This document shows positions 38,142 through 60,355 of a DNA stretch of 64,000 bases, piece after piece (positions within the stretch are counted from its first letter, which is position 1; each line of letters begins with the position of its first letter). The notes beneath the pieces were generated by a model. That model was not told where the DNA came from. It saw only the letters and a program-made list of their open reading frames with translations, and searched no databases. A program made the translations under genes and the position numbers. Source of the DNA: the human T2T-CHM13v2.0 reference genome, Homo sapiens; NCBI RefSeq assembly GCF_009914755.1, contig NC_060925.1. One strand, written 5' to 3'.

Positions 38142-41100
38142 TTGAGACAGGGTCTTTCTCTGTTGCCCAGGCTGGAGTGTGGTGGCAAAATCTCAGATAA
38201 CTGAAACCTCTGCTTCCCAGGCTCAAGCCATCCTCCCACCTCCATCTGCAGAGTAGCTGAGACTATAGGCATGTGCCACAATGCTCAGATAATTACTTAA
38301 TATTCTAGTAGAGTCTAGTAGACATGGGCTATCACTATGTTGCCCTAGCTGGTCTGGAACTCCTGGGCTCAAGTGATTGTTCTGCCTTGGCTTCCCAAAG
38401 TGTTGGGATTACAGCTGTAAGCCGCCATGCTTGGCTTCCCTTTACTTTTTTTTTTTTTTTTTGAGACAGAGTCTCACTCTGACACCCAGGCTGGAATGCA
38501 GTGGCTAGATTTTGGCTCACTGAAAACTCTGGACCTCGGGTTGAGAGATTCTCCTGCCTCAGCTTCCCAAGTAGCTGGGATTACAGGCAGGGACCACCAC
38601 ACCCGGCTAATATTTTGTATCGGTAGAGATGGTATTTCACCATGTTGGCCGGGCTGGTCTCGAACTCCTGACCTCATGATCCGCCCACCTTGGGCTCCTA
38701 AAGTGCTGGGATTACAGGCATGAGCCACAGTGCCTGGCCAAGAAGACATTTTGTTTTCTCAAAAAAGTGGAGATCTGAGCTTCAAAGATCCTTGCTAACA
38801 CTTCCCAGTGCTATCAGTGTAGTAGTGCAGTGGCTAATAATTCATGGACCCTATAGGAGGGATCTTGCCTGCTCTTTAGAGGTTGGGACACACTCTTCTT
38901 AGTACCAGAAGGGCAGAACTATGCCTCTGTGGCCACTTATTGCAGAATGGAATTGGAGTAAACTGAGGGCTCTTTCACACATGCTAGAGAACTGACTTTG
39001 GCCCTAGGAGAAGCGGGGGTTGCAGGGGATTGGCCTGAGAAACTTGCCTTTTCACTGGATTGTCCTCTAGAGTTTTTCCTTGCAGATTTGTCAGAATGAG
39101 CCTCCAGTCCCCATCCAGACTCCTGGAGCTGGCAGGGCAGAGCCTGCTGAGGAACCAGTTCTTGACCATCTTCATCCTGGACGAGCTGCCCAGGGAGGTC
39201 TTCCCTCTGATGTTCATGGAGGCCGTCAGCATGAGACATTTTGAGGCCCTGAAGCTGATGGTGCAGGCCTGGTCCTTCCTCCACCTCCCTCTGGGATCCC
39301 TGATGAAGACACCTCATCTGGAGACCTTGCAAGCTGTGCTGAAGGGACTTGATACACTGCTGGCCCAGAAGGTTTGCCTCAGGTGAGGTGACTCAGGTGG
39401 CCTGGTGGGAAGGGTCCAGGCATCCAGGGAAGGGACAGCTGGCTCAGGAGGAGTGGTGGGGTTGGGGAGCTAGGGTGGCTCAGAGGCTTCTGATGGTGCC
39501 CATGAGAGGCCTTGACCATTGCCCAGATCCTCTGGGAAAGGACTGCTCACCATACAGGGTCCACTGAGGAAACAGGAACCTGCTTTCTCCCAGTGGAACG
39601 TAAAGATTCTAGAAGTGAGAACCAGGCAGAACCCAAGGGGGAGCGGGATGGAGAAGAGACAGAAGGAGGAGCACTGAGGACAGGAGCAGCTGACTGATGT
39701 CCTGGATGTTGAGTGAAAGCTCAGGTCAGGGGTGGGTCCTTGCCTACATTCTGAGCTTTTCCCCTATGTTACTCACAGGAGGTGGAAACTTCAAGTGCTG
39801 GATTTGCGGGATGTTGATGGGAATTTCTGGACCATATGGTCTGGAGCCAAGGTCCTCTCCTGCTCCCCAGAGGCCATGAGTAAAAGACAGACAGTGGAGG
39901 ACTGTCCAAGGATGGGAGAGTGCCAGCCCTTGAAGGTGTTCATAGACCGCTGCCTAAAGAAAAGTATGCTGGATGAATGCCTGAGCTACCTTTGTGGGTA
40001 GATCCACTACAGAAGAGGTCTAGTGCACCTGTGCTGTAATAAGGTGCAGAATTACTCAATGCCCACTTCAAGTTTCAGAAATTTATTGAAAAGGGTATAC
40101 CCAGACAGTATCTAGGAGTTGGAAGTTAGGAGAAAGTGCTCTCTGAATAAAACAGGAAAGTTTGCCCCTTACCTGAGCCAGATGAGCAATCTTCACAAAC
40201 TCTTTTTAGCCTTCGGTTATGACAGTGAGTTATATGTAAGCGGCCAACAATAGTTCGTTCCTGACTTGGACTGCCCATTCCTCTGCCTGTCCTACCCTCA
40301 GATGCTTTATATAAGAAAGGTCAATAATTTCAAAGACCTGGAGCACCTGCTCAGGTAAGAAAGGATGGTGAGCTTTCTCTGCAGACCATACCACAGACTT
40401 TTGTTCTTTTTCACAGTAAACGCTAGTGGGCATCTACTGTGTGCCAGCCACTGGTGATGTCACAGGGAATGGGACGCTAGAATGTCAACTCATTATGCTG
40501 TTCAGTGCTCTATATCCTGAAGTGGGTATCACAAGCCCGCTCAAATAAGGGCAGAGGGATGGCCCGGGCCAGATGCTACAGAGAGAGACATGCAGGGATC
40601 TAGTTAGTCAGGGGTTCAGATCTAGGGAGGGTGCATTTGTGAATTCCTTTTTAGGAAGTGCGTTTGAAGTTAATATGATGAAACTTACTCTTCATATAGA
40701 GGAGAGTATGAAAGAAGGGAAAGTGCATCAAACCTGTGCATTTCACAGTAGAAGCTCCGTCCTCACAGCTTAGTAAACACCAATGATCCTGTCTCTAATT
40801 CTCTGTCTGTAAAAGGTTCTTTTGAACCCCAGGAAAAGTAGTTGACATGAGAAAAGCATGCTTCTTGGACAGAGGTGAGGGAGTAGGCAGGAGAGTGGTA
40901 TAAAGTGATAGGTGGTTTGCAGACGTGGGCACGTCAGGGAACCTTTGCAGACAGGTGGCCCTAGCTGATGTCCCTAGACCTTGCTCAGTTGAGTTCTTTG
41001 TGCAAATCTCCCACTGGGCTCCTCTGGCCCAGAGATGAGGTTGTCTGCTGAAAGATGCAGTAAAGAGGCTTTAAAGATTTTGTGGCCTTGAACCAATCAC

Positions 41101-42021
41101 ACAAGCAAGGCTGAAAGGACTGAGCCTAAAATGGAGCTGCCCCTGAATGATCTGAGTCTTCATCAGGCAGCACCTTGCACACAGACCATCATCTGATGAT
41201 GGGAACAAACTTGTGTTTGGGTGAAACAGGCTTCCCCATTGCAGTTACTATAACACCTGTGTGGTAGTAAGGTGCAGAATTACTCAATGCCCACTTCAAG
41301 TTTACCATTGAGATGATTTCCCACCCCTCTCCTCTAACTGGCACCATTGCCCATAACTAATTTCTTGCTCTCCCCAGGTGCCTCAAGAACCTCTTGGGGG
41401 CCTTTATATTCTGTCATGCTTACCTAGCTGATCGGGACATGGAGTGTCTGTCTCAGTACCCAAGCCTCAGTCAGCTAAAGGAGCTGCATCTGATTCATAT
41501 CCTAATGTGGACCACCAATCTTGAGCCCCTTGGAGCTCTGCTAGAGAAAGTTGCTGCTACTCTTGAGACCCTCACGTTAAAGGACTGTCAGATCCAGGAC
41601 TCCCAACTCAGGGTCCTCCTGCCTGCCCTGAGCCACTGCTCCCAGCTCACCACCTTCTACTTTCAAGGAAACGAGACTTCCATGAATGCTCTGAAAGACC
41701 TTCTGTGTCACACAGGCGGGCTGAGCAAGTTAGGCCTGGAGTTGTATCCTTCCCGTCTGGAGAGTCTTGACAACAGGGGTCATGCCAATTGGGAGATCCT
41801 TGCCCCAATTCGGGCTGAGCTGATGTGTACACTCAGGGAAGTCAGGCAGCCCAAGAGGATCTTTTTTGGTCCCGTCCCCTGCCCTTCCTGTGGCTCATGG
41901 CCATCTGAGAAAGTGGACCTCCATCTTTGCTCTTAGGGAAGGCCTGGCTAGTGGGATGGATACGCTTTCTTCTGGACCCTTGGGCACTAAAATCTAGGAC
42001 ACAGGTGCTTTTTTTTTTTGA

Positions 42022-42379
<358 letters not shown>

Positions 42380-44178
42380 TAGCCAAGATGGTCTCGATCT
42401 CCTGACCTCGTGATCCACCCGCCTCGGCCTCCCAAAGTGTAATTTTTGTATTTTTAGTAGAGACAGGGTTTCACGATGTTGGAGGAGGCTGGCCTCAAAC
42501 TCCTGACCTCAAGTGATCTGACTACCTTGGACTTCCACAGTGCTGGGTTTACAGGCATGAGCAGCCTGGCCCGGTCAGGTGCATCTTAAAGGAAGCACAC
42601 GGTCATGTGTTTCAGGCACGTGCTGACTGTGAGTGGAAAAACAAAGGTGACTCAGCTGGGGGCAGGACTTGGTGAAAATGCTGACTTGGCATCAATAAAG
42701 CCTTCAGGGACCTGTTTCCTAGACTCGGAAATGGAACCTGAAGTTCTAGAATGATGCAGGAGTTACCCTCGCAAGGATGGTTATTTAAAAATGTCAAAAA
42801 TAAATGGAACCTGAATGGAAACTTTCTGGTGTCTTCCATGATTGATCAACCTGTTTTAGCCATTTATATATCAGAAATCTCTAGTTACTGATGAGAGGTA
42901 CTACGTCATCTGTGATTGAGGTTCAGCTGCAGCAAATCAAGGCATCAAAACTGAAATGTGATCATTTTGATTAGTTCTCACTCATTTTTTGCTTCCTTTC
43001 AGTCATCTGTTTCTTCCTTAATTTCTCCCATGCCTGTTCACTGGGTTCATTCACAAAGGATGCACACTTGGGGCCTGGAACATTCTGTGTGGGCAGTGAT
43101 GATGAGCCACTGAAACCTACCCTCTTCTCAGGGGCCCTCACTGCTCCCCAGATACTGAGACCCTGCTCACTCCTAATGGACAGATCCAGAGGAATCCGTT
43201 CCTGATCTTTGGCCATGCCAGGAAATGGCTTCATTGGACCAGGAGTGAATTCACATGAAATTCACTGAAAGCTTCACATGAAGCTCAGAAAATTCCTGTG
43301 TTCAAAGCAGTCCAAATGACATTTGGACCATTTTTAGGAAAGTATGGCTTTTTATTAGGTGACAACATGGGGATGAGATTTGCTTTCTCCATTAAGGTGA
43401 TACGTAAAGCTTTCTTTGAAGGGAGAGAAAACCCTAGAGTTTCCTGACCTTCCTTAACCTGAGCTGCTTGGTTCCCTAGAAGCAGAAATTGATCATATTA
43501 GAACCCAAACTCATACCAACCTTGACCTTCATGAAGTACTCAAGTGTTTCTGCTCTTCTTCCTCATGTGATGTAGAAAGTATTAAAAGTGATGAGTGTAG
43601 GCCGGGCACGGTGGTTCACACCTGTAATCTCAGCACTTTCAGAGGCCGAGGTGGGTGCATCACCTGTGGTCAGGAGTTCCAGACCAGCCTGGGCAACATG
43701 GTGAAACTCTGTCTCTACTAAAAATATAAAAACTAGCTGTGTGTGGTGGCCTGTGCCTGTAATTCCAGCTAACTGGGAGACTGAGGCAGGAGAATCACTT
43801 GAACCGGGAGGCAGAGGTTGCAGTGAGCTGAGATCGCACCATTGAACTCTAGCCTGGAAAACAAGAATAAAACTCCATCTCAAAAAAAAATTAATAAATA
43901 AATACATTATAAATAAATAAATTAATGCTTTAAAGAAAAAAGAAATAAATTTTGCCTACAAGTTTCATATGCAATTGAATACCTCTTAAATTTTGATGTG
44001 AACCGACCAGGCATGGTGGCTGAGGCCTGTAATCCAGCACTTTGGGAGGCCGAGGCAGGCAGACCACGAAGTCAGGAGATTGAGACCATCCTAGTTAATA
44101 TGGTGAAACCCCGTCTTTACTAAAAATACAAAAAATTAGCCAGGTGTAGTGGCATGTACCTGTAGTCCCGGCTATTTA

Positions 44179-44406
<228 letters not shown>

Positions 44407-44500
44407 TCAAATGCTACACTCTGCATAACTCTACCACTTTGTTGCCATTTTCTGATGATGGAGAAGACCATATATGTGTGTGTGGCATCAGAACTATTGA

Positions 44501-44908
<408 letters not shown>

Positions 44909-45915
44909 TAGGATGGTCTCAATTTTTTGGCATCGGGATCTACCTGCCTTGGCCTCCTGAAGTGCTGGGATAACAGGTGTGAGCCACCACCGTGCCCGGC
45001 CTTTTTTTTTTTTTCTTTTGAGATGGAGTCTCACTCTATTGCCCAGGCTGGGAATGGGACTCCTCCTATCAATTATTTTTTTAAATTTTCTTTTGTTTTA
45101 TTGACCTGACAAGGCTCAAATAGAGTTGAGTTTTTGTTTTCGTTTTTTCCATTGGAAGAGACAATACAGAGGTTACAATCATTGGCTTTAGATGACAAGA
45201 TAAAAGAATAAAACATATTCCTTGCAAGACAACCAGCAAAACTTCATGATCACCATCAAATCAGTGCCTTCTCACTGTCAGTGGGTGGAAGCCTTCATCA
45301 ATACTTGCAGAGTTTGAGGCACTCATGAACTCACCATGAGATTCTTTACTCAGGGACAGGATGTAAGCCAAGCAAAAGACCTTCCACAGGTGGTGAATTT
45401 GGAAGCCTGCCCAATGTAACCTGCAAGTTTTCACTGGCAATATGCAGGTGCAGATATGACAAAGAATAACCATGACCTTTACATCACCCCCAGCTGTTGA
45501 GGAATGGGATCCTTTTGACCCTTTCTGTCCATAGAACCAGGTTGCTCATCTTGTGTGGCAACAACATATGTGGTCTACTTAACAGAGAAGAAGACTCTGT
45601 AAAAAAAATGTTTATTATGTAGTAAGCAAAGAAATGGGAATAGATGTGAGATTATTTGGGGAGATAAAGGAAGTTGAAGGTTTTGAAAGGAAAAATAAGG
45701 AGGATTATACAAATTGTTTTGAAAGACTCATACTTGGTCATGAGGATTAAAACCAAAAGCGCATCAGTGCAATGTTAGATAGATTCCTCTTACACCCACT
45801 CGATAACCCCCAACATGTTCAGCAAGTCTTGGTTCACTCCCAGGTTCCCATTAAAAACCCAGCTCAACCCTGACCAGCTCCACCCTCACTTCCATTTGTA
45901 ATTTTGACATGACTT

Positions 45916-46485
45916 TATTACAGGACCATCAGGTTCCTATGCCTGCTGCACAGTAGCTTAGCAATATTCTGAGACAGCAGGGTTTGCAGCAGAGAGTTTA
46001 ATGATCACAAGGTGGCTGAATGAGAAGCTAGGAGGAGATCCTCAAATTCATCTCCCCAAGGAGTACTGAGGGTTTCCAGTGGATCCTGGATAGCAAGGGG
46101 CCGGAAAGTTGGGGTAGCGGTAAGAGGGAAGAAGTCAACAGGATGTAGAAACTGCATTCTTTGGTGAGTTGGTGCATTGCAGGGCCCTTCAGATCAGCTG
46201 GCATCAGTAGATTCACTGACATGCAGAACCTGAAAGAATATCTCAGATGAAAAAGTTAATGTTTTACAATGCTTAAATGGTTGTCTGCAGGGAAGTTAAG
46301 GGGAACTGTAATCTAAGGTCTATATGATTTTGGAACAGTAGGTTGCCAGCAACCATGAGGAACCAGGTCAGAGAGCAAGAAGACCTCCTGATGAATGCTG
46401 AATGTGTTCCAAGCTTGGTTTATTTTTGTTTCTCTCCCTCCCTTCTTCACTGATTAAATTTATAAAGTTTATCGATGTGGCTTCA
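45916..46485 (-). mobile_element. MER4-group ERV1 LTR (LTR39/LTR49-like)
   Basis: CAGGTTCCTATGCCTGCTGCACAGTA...GAGACAGCAGGGTTTGCAGCAGAG resembles reversed MER4-group LTR ends; subfamily uncertain. Confidence 0.55.
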
Positions 46486-46855
46486 ATTTCTTCCAAAGAA
46501 GACTTAACCTAAGCCCTGAGACCACTCACGCCCTCAGTGGCACCTCTCCTCCACCAGAATGAGCATGTAATCTGCTACCTTAGGTTATACAAAATCCCGA
46601 AGACCATTCAATACATTGAGATTTTTATTCTGATTTCCTAGGGACGACTCCTCTGTTTTTATAAAGCTTTTTAAAGTAGAAAGCATTTTTATATTTTGAT
46701 GTGGCCAAAGATCTCCTAACAACACTACTTTCAGATTTTATTTTTCTGTCTAATGTTGGGAACAGATCAAATCCTTCCCTGCCTGTCACTCAAGACTATG
46801 AAGTTCACAAATTAGTAAAATACCATCAGTGTTTGTGGAGTTCATGAATGAATGA

Positions 46856-47059
<204 letters not shown>

Positions 47060-47155
47060 TGACCTGGCTCGTCTTGAACCCCTGACATCAGGTGATCTAC
47101 TCACCTTGTCCTTCCAAAGTGCTGGAATTACAGCTATGAACCACCTCACCCACCC

Positions 47156-51430
<4,275 letters not shown>

Positions 51431-51837
51431 AAGTGGTTCACTTTGAATATGTGTAAGAGGTGTGCATTGGAAACATCTATCTTGTGAGTAATGCATAACA
51501 GTGTCACATAGCTTTCAGAGCTTCTCACTGAAATTTTCAATAATGAGGCAGGGGTGGAGGCTCACACCTATAATCCCAGTATGTTGGGAGGCCAACAGGG
51601 GTAGATTGCTTGAGACTAGGAGTTCAAGACCAGCTTGGACAACATAGCGAAATCCACTGTCTTTACAAAAAGTCAAAAAATAAAAGATGAGCTGGGTGTG
51701 GTGATGCATAACTGTGGTCCCAGCTACTTGGGAGGCTGAGGAGGAAGAATCCTTTGAGCTGGGAGGTCAAGGCTGCACTGAGCTGAGATCCCACCACTAC
51801 ACTCCAGGCTGGGTGACAGAGCAAGACCCTGTCAGAA

Positions 51838-52022
51838 AGAGTGAGAGAGGGAGAGAGAGAAAGAGAGAGAGAATGAGAGAAGGGATGCAGGGAAAGAAGA
51901 CAAGAAAGAAAGAAGGCAGAGAGAGGGGGAAAGAAAGAAAGAGGGAGAGAGAGGAGGAAACAAAGAAAGAAGGGAGGGAGAGAGGGAAAGAAGGAAAGAA
52001 GAAAGAGAGAGAAAGAGAAAGC
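51838..52022 (+). repeat. GA-rich polypurine low-complexity tract
   Basis: Almost pure purine, following an Alu tail. Confidence 0.9.
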
Positions 52023-52366
52023 AAGCTTAAATAATGAAAAGAAAACAAATAGAACCTGTTCTAGGGATGCCCCATGAATGTTCCCAACAAGCTTATTTGT
52101 AGGAACTGAAAATGTGGGCATGTAGGCTTGTGACATTCCCATTCCCATTGTTTTAGAACCTTGAGTAATTAGTAATTTCCCCCAATGGTAGGAGGGGTTC
52201 ACTTTCAGGTTCCTCCACACTCACTAGTCACTGGATGGAGCACTGGATAGAAAGGAAGGGCTCGTGGTGGCCCTGCTTCCTCACTGCTTCGGAGACGCTC
52301 ATGCTGATGCAGCAGAGGCAGAATGCTGGCTTAATGGCCACTGAGTACAGGGCAGAATTGGAGTAA

Positions 52367-52789
<423 letters not shown>

Positions 52790-52944
52790 TGAGGTGGCCC
52801 AGGTGGGCTGGTGGGGAGGGCCCAGGTATCCAACCAAAGGAAGAGCTGTGTCATGACAAGTGAGGAGGCCCAAGGGGGATGGTGGTGGTGAGGAAGCCGA
52901 GAGGACTTGGCCATTCACCAGCTCCTCAGGGAAAGCACTGCTCA

Positions 52945-53400
<456 letters not shown>

Positions 53401-53416
53401 TTAAGTTCAGAAATGA

Positions 53417-54037
<621 letters not shown>

Positions 54038-54686
54038 TGAGGGAGGGTGGTGAGCTTTCTCTGCAGACCACAGCAGAGCCTGTTACAGTAAACGCTAGTG
54101 GGCATCTACTGTGAGCCAGCCTATGAGGATGAAACAGTGAAGGGGACACTAGAATGTCCATGCATTGTCCTGTTGGCGGCCCTGTCCTGAAATGGGTATC
54201 ATGCAACCATCCCAATAGAGGCAGAGGGATCAGCTAGGGGAGATGCTATGGAGAGGCTGCCATGCTAGGAAGCTAGCTCCTGGGGGGTTCAGATCTAGTG
54301 AGGGTGCCTTTCTGAATTCTTCCTGAGGATGTGTGTCTAAGTTAAGATGATGAAAAATAGGCCAGGGGCGGTGGCTCATGCCTGTAATCCTAGCAGTTTG
54401 GGAGTCTGAGGCAAGAGGATAGCTTGAGCCTAGGAGTTTAAGACCAGTCTGGGTAACATACCAAGACCCCTGTCAGAAATGAATAAATAAAAGTAAAAAC
54501 AAACAAGATAACTTTCTTTTCTGAGATGGAGTTTCACTTTGATCGTCCAGGCTACAGTGCAGTTGTGACATCTCAGCTCGCAGCAACTTCTGCCTCCCAG
54601 GTTCAAGCGATTCTCCTGCCTCAGCCTCCTGAGTGCCTGGGATTACAGGCGTGAGCCACCACACCTGGCTAATTTTTATATTTTAA

Positions 54687-54812
<126 letters not shown>

Positions 54813-55271
54813 TAATTTTTAAGAAGATGATGTGAAGTAGGGAAGTGAAGTGGGCACTGAAGAGGGGAATGCTCAGCAAACCTGCACATGTCAGAAAATC
54901 AGCTTTGTGCCCCACAGTTTCGTGAACATGAATGATCCCATCTCTAATTCCGTGTTGTAAAAGTTTCTTTTGAGCTCCAGGTAAATTAATTACCTAGGAA
55001 ATGCATGATTCTGAAACAGAGGGTCAGGGAGCAGGCACAAAGAATGGTGAAAGTGATAGATGGTTTGCTGATGATACAGGCTTGTCAGGGACGCCTGCAG
55101 CCCGCCCACCGTAGCTGATGTTGCAGGATCCTGTCTGGGTTTGTCCTTTATGCCTGAATCTCCACTGGGCTCCTGTGGCCCAGGGATGTGGTTTTCTGCC
55201 TGACAGATGAGGAAAGGGAGCTTTAGGGATTCTGTGAACTTGATCCATTCCTATAAATGATGGTGAAGTGA

Positions 55272-55649
<378 letters not shown>

Positions 55650-55747
55650 TGACCATCAGGCCATCAGAATGACCCTGGACTTGGGCAAAATGGTCTCCAT
55701 CCATTACCTTGAAGCCATTCCCCACCACCCTCCACTCACCCCTATGA

Positions 55748-56344
<597 letters not shown>

Positions 56345-56651
56345 ATGCCTGCCTATTTGGGTGGATATGTCAAACGCTTTCTTCTGGACACTTGGAAACT
56401 AAAACCTAGGTCTTAGGTACATCCTATAGGGAGCACAGAACCCATCATTTCACACATGGGCTCTGAAAGTGGGAAAGGAAAGGTGATCAAGCAGGGGCAG
56501 GACTTGGGGGAAGTGTTGCCATGGATTCGATGGGACTTTGGGGACCTGTGTCCTGTAGAGTGGAAAATGGGAATTTGAATGTCTAGAGTGGAGGCTTGAG
56601 AATACTTGAGGGAGTTACTCTTGGATGCATGGTTGTAAAGAAACAATCAGA

Positions 56652-56657
56652 AATAAA
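56652..56657 (+). terminator. AATAAA polyadenylation signal of PRAMEF5
   Basis: AATAAA ~310 nt after the stop. Confidence 0.55.
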
Positions 56658-58886
56658 GGAAAACTGAGTGGTAACTGTCTGGTGCCCTCTATTATTAAGT
56701 AACCTGTTTTCCAGTTTAAGCCTCAGGAATCTTCAGTTATTGACGGAAAAAACAAAAGGCACTGAGTTGTCCAATCAATAAGATGCTACCCAAGAAAATC
56801 AAGGCATTTAAATGAAATTTGGTTATTGTAATCAGTTTCCTCCCATTCTTTTATTTGAGACAGAGTTTCACTCTTGTTGACCAGGTTGGAGTTTAGAGTG
56901 CAATGGTGCCATCTCAGCTGACTGCAACCTCCACCTGGGGTTTAAATGATTCTCTTGCCTCAGCCTCCCAAGTAGCTGAGATTACAGGCATGCACCACCA
57001 TGCCCAGCTAATTTGTGTATGTTTAGTAGCGACAGGGTTTCCTCACTATGTTGGTCAGACTGTTCTCAAACTCCTGACTTTGGGTGATCCACGCAAGTAG
57101 GCCTACCAAAGTGCTGGGATTACAGGCGTGAGCCACTGTGTCAGGCTTGTTTTTGTTTTTGTTTTTTAAAGGTCTCCTGTCACTCAGGCTAGAGTGCAGC
57201 GGCACAATCATAGCTCACTGCAGCCTCAATTTCCTGGGTTCAAGCGATCCTCCCACCTCAGCCTCCTGAGGAGCTAGGACTACAGGCGTGTGAGCAACCA
57301 TGCCTGTTTGCTTGTTTTTTTAAGTGGTGACAAGGTCTCGCTGTCTTGCCCAGGCTGATCTGGAACTCCTGAGCTTGTGATTCTCCTGCCTTGGCCTCCC
57401 AAAATGCAGGGAGTATAGGCGTGGACCACCACGATTGGCTTGGCCTCCTCCAGTTCTTCACTTCTTTAGATGTCTGTTAATTCCTTGTTAGTTTCTGTGG
57501 CTGTTCAGTGGGTTAATACACACTAGGTGGAAACCAAGGGTCTGGAACATTACTGGGCAAGAACAGTGAGCCAATCCACGTGGAAAGCACCTTCTTCTCA
57601 GGGTCTTTCACTGCTAGCCAGATGCTGAGACCCTGCCCACTCCTTGTGAGTCTCCACATGGTTCCAGAAGCCTTAGTTGGTGGATGTCAGCTTCACTGCA
57701 CAAGGAGCCACTCTCTTCCCGCTGCCCTGGAAGGGGATGTCCATATTGTGTATTAGCTGGAGACTCTGGGCAGCACCAACCCTTGCTTGTTCTCCTGATG
57801 ACCAGCAGCCCTTCTTGAATTAAACTGGTTGTAGCCAGTAAAGACAGCCACATTCCCTTTAAGTAAAATACTAAAACTACACAGGTATGTAACACTTTTT
57901 AAATATTTCCATCTGACATTTAAAAAGTTACTTCTTATTAGGGAGCTAGGTCAGATCGATGAGAGATTTTCTCATAACACCTCCCCTCTCTCCCTATCAA
58001 GGAAGAGACCAGTGCAGCGTGTTCTGGAATCTCACATCATCAAAGGGTGGATAACAATCAAGTGCCTGTGGGTGATGAGTGACCTTCCCTGTGCTGAGGA
58101 AGCCTGCATAATGGGCACCCAAGTGAAGGATCCTGCTGAGGATTCAGGGGCTGGTATTGCTGTCAGGGATCTTAACCAAGAGCCTCAGGTCCCTGTAAAA
58201 TGAGGATGATGTCCAACGGCTTATAGGACCCTGCAAGGATCCAATAAGATGGTTCATGTTTAGGGCTTGGCATGGGGACTGGCATACAGTTAGATGAATA
58301 CATCTTGTTCTTTTTTCTCTTCTCAGCAGAAGTCCCAGCAATTTTCATCTTTCAATCTATCTCACCTCCTATTCCTGATAACAGGGAGGCAACAAGAACC
58401 CAGGGCATGCAATGGGGCTCATCTTCTACCCTCTGCCACAACTTCATCATGACTCCCCCAAACAGCAGAGCCCCAGGAGCCAGCAGGGGGCAGGGTGGGC
58501 ATTTCTGGACTGGATTCATTCCTAAGAAGAGTAAAATGTCCAATCCATAGGTCTCGGGTGCCATCTGCTGGTAGATCAGATCAGATGGTGTAATTTAATG
58601 TTGCAAGGATTATATTATATGGTATTTTTTTAAATTTACTATTATGAGCCAGGAGCGGTGGCTCGTGTCTGTAATCCCAGCACTTTGGGAGGCTGAGGCC
58701 ATTGTCATGGCCAGGCTTGGTGTCTCACACCTGTAATCCCAGCATTTTGGGAGGCTGAGGCGGGCAGATCACTTCAGGTCAGGATTTTGAGACCAGCCTG
58801 GCCAACATGGTGAAACCCCGTCTCTACTCAAAATACAAAAAAAATTGCTGGGCGTGGTGGCATTCGCCTGTAATCCCAGGTATTCA

Positions 58887-59009
<123 letters not shown>

Positions 59010-59621
59010 CTAGTTGAGTATAAATATTTGTGTTGTAATTTATGTATATGAAAGATATAAAACTTTTAAAGAATGCAATGTGATATTTTAAGAATGGTTA
59101 ATGGCCAGGCGTGGTGGCTCACGCCTGTAATCCCAGCACTTTGGGAGGCCGAGGCAGGCAGATCACGAGGTCAGGAATTTGAGAGCAGCCTGGCCAATGT
59201 GGTAAAAACCCGTCCCTACTAAAAATACAAAAAATTAGCCTGGTGTGGTGACGGGCCCCTGTAATCCCAGATAGTCAGGAGGCTGAGGCAAGAGAATCTC
59301 TTGAACCCAGGAGCAAATGCTGTTGACCACGTGATGCATGGAAACGTTTGTCATGGGTATAGCCACTGAATTGCTAACTTAGGGACGTCAACATTAGCTC
59401 ACTACCAATAATATAAATACATTGGATTATGGAAAAAATTGCCTTTGTGATACCATATCCATGTGTGACATGAGAGTCCAGCAATTGGCCCGGTGTGGTG
59501 GCTCACGTCTGTAATCCCAGCACTTTGGGAGACTGAGGCGCATGGATCACTTCAGGTCAGGAGTTCGAGACCAGTCTGGGCAACACGGTGAAACTCTGTA
59601 TCTATTAAAAACACAAAAATT

Positions 59622-59890
59622 CCCACCTATGAGTGAGAACATGCGGTGTTTGTTTTTTTGTCCTTGTGATAGGATGGGAATTGAACAATGAGAACACATG
59701 GACACAGGAAGAGGAACATCACACACTGGGGCCTGTTGTGTGGGGAGTGGGGAGGGATAGCATTTGGAGATATACCTAATGTTAAATGACAAGTTACTGG
59801 GTGCAGCACACCAACATGGCACATGTATACATGTGTAACTAACCTGCACATTGTGCACATGTACCCTAAAACTTAAAGTATAATAAAAAC
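59622..59890 (+). mobile_element. Short 5'-inverted L1PA 3' UTR insertion inside an Alu
   Basis: 59622-59672 is reverse-complement L1 (CTATCACAAGGAC...CTCATAGGTGGG); 59673-59889 is sense L1 ending AAAGTATAATAAAAA. TSD AAA(C/T)ACAAAAATT at 59609-59621 and 59891-59903. Confidence 0.9.
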
Positions 59891-60355
59891 AAATACAAAA
59901 ATTAACTGGGCGTGGTGGCAAGTATCATCCCAACTACTGGGGAGGCCGAGGGAGGAGAATTGCTTGAACCCAGGAGGTGGAGGTTACAGTGATCAAAGAT
60001 CATGCCACTGCACTCCAGCCTGGGCAACAGAGCGAGATGCCATATCAAAAAAAAAAAAAAAAAAAAAAAGAGAGAGAGAGAAAAGAAAACAAAACAAAAG
60101 AAAGTCCAGCATGGTAAAAGGTACATAGAGGTACATTTGGGTGAGCTTCCTTTGTTTTTCATTCTTTTTCCCTTCTCTGGACAGAATTCTCAATGCAAAA
60201 CATTCCAAAAACACAGAGCAAGTGTCTTCTATAACCTTCCCTTTTTTTGAGACTTCTCTTCACAGTGTATGTGCTAGTGTCTTCCAGACTTTTGTGTGAC
60301 ATGCTATACAGAACATCAGATCAAACGGGCACATCCCTAATAAGTGGTGACTTGC

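Noticed and set aside
41378-41936. Open exon 4 as a functional gene
   Set aside because: Upstream exon 3 has three in-frame stops; exon-3 skipping would keep frame but nothing here supports it
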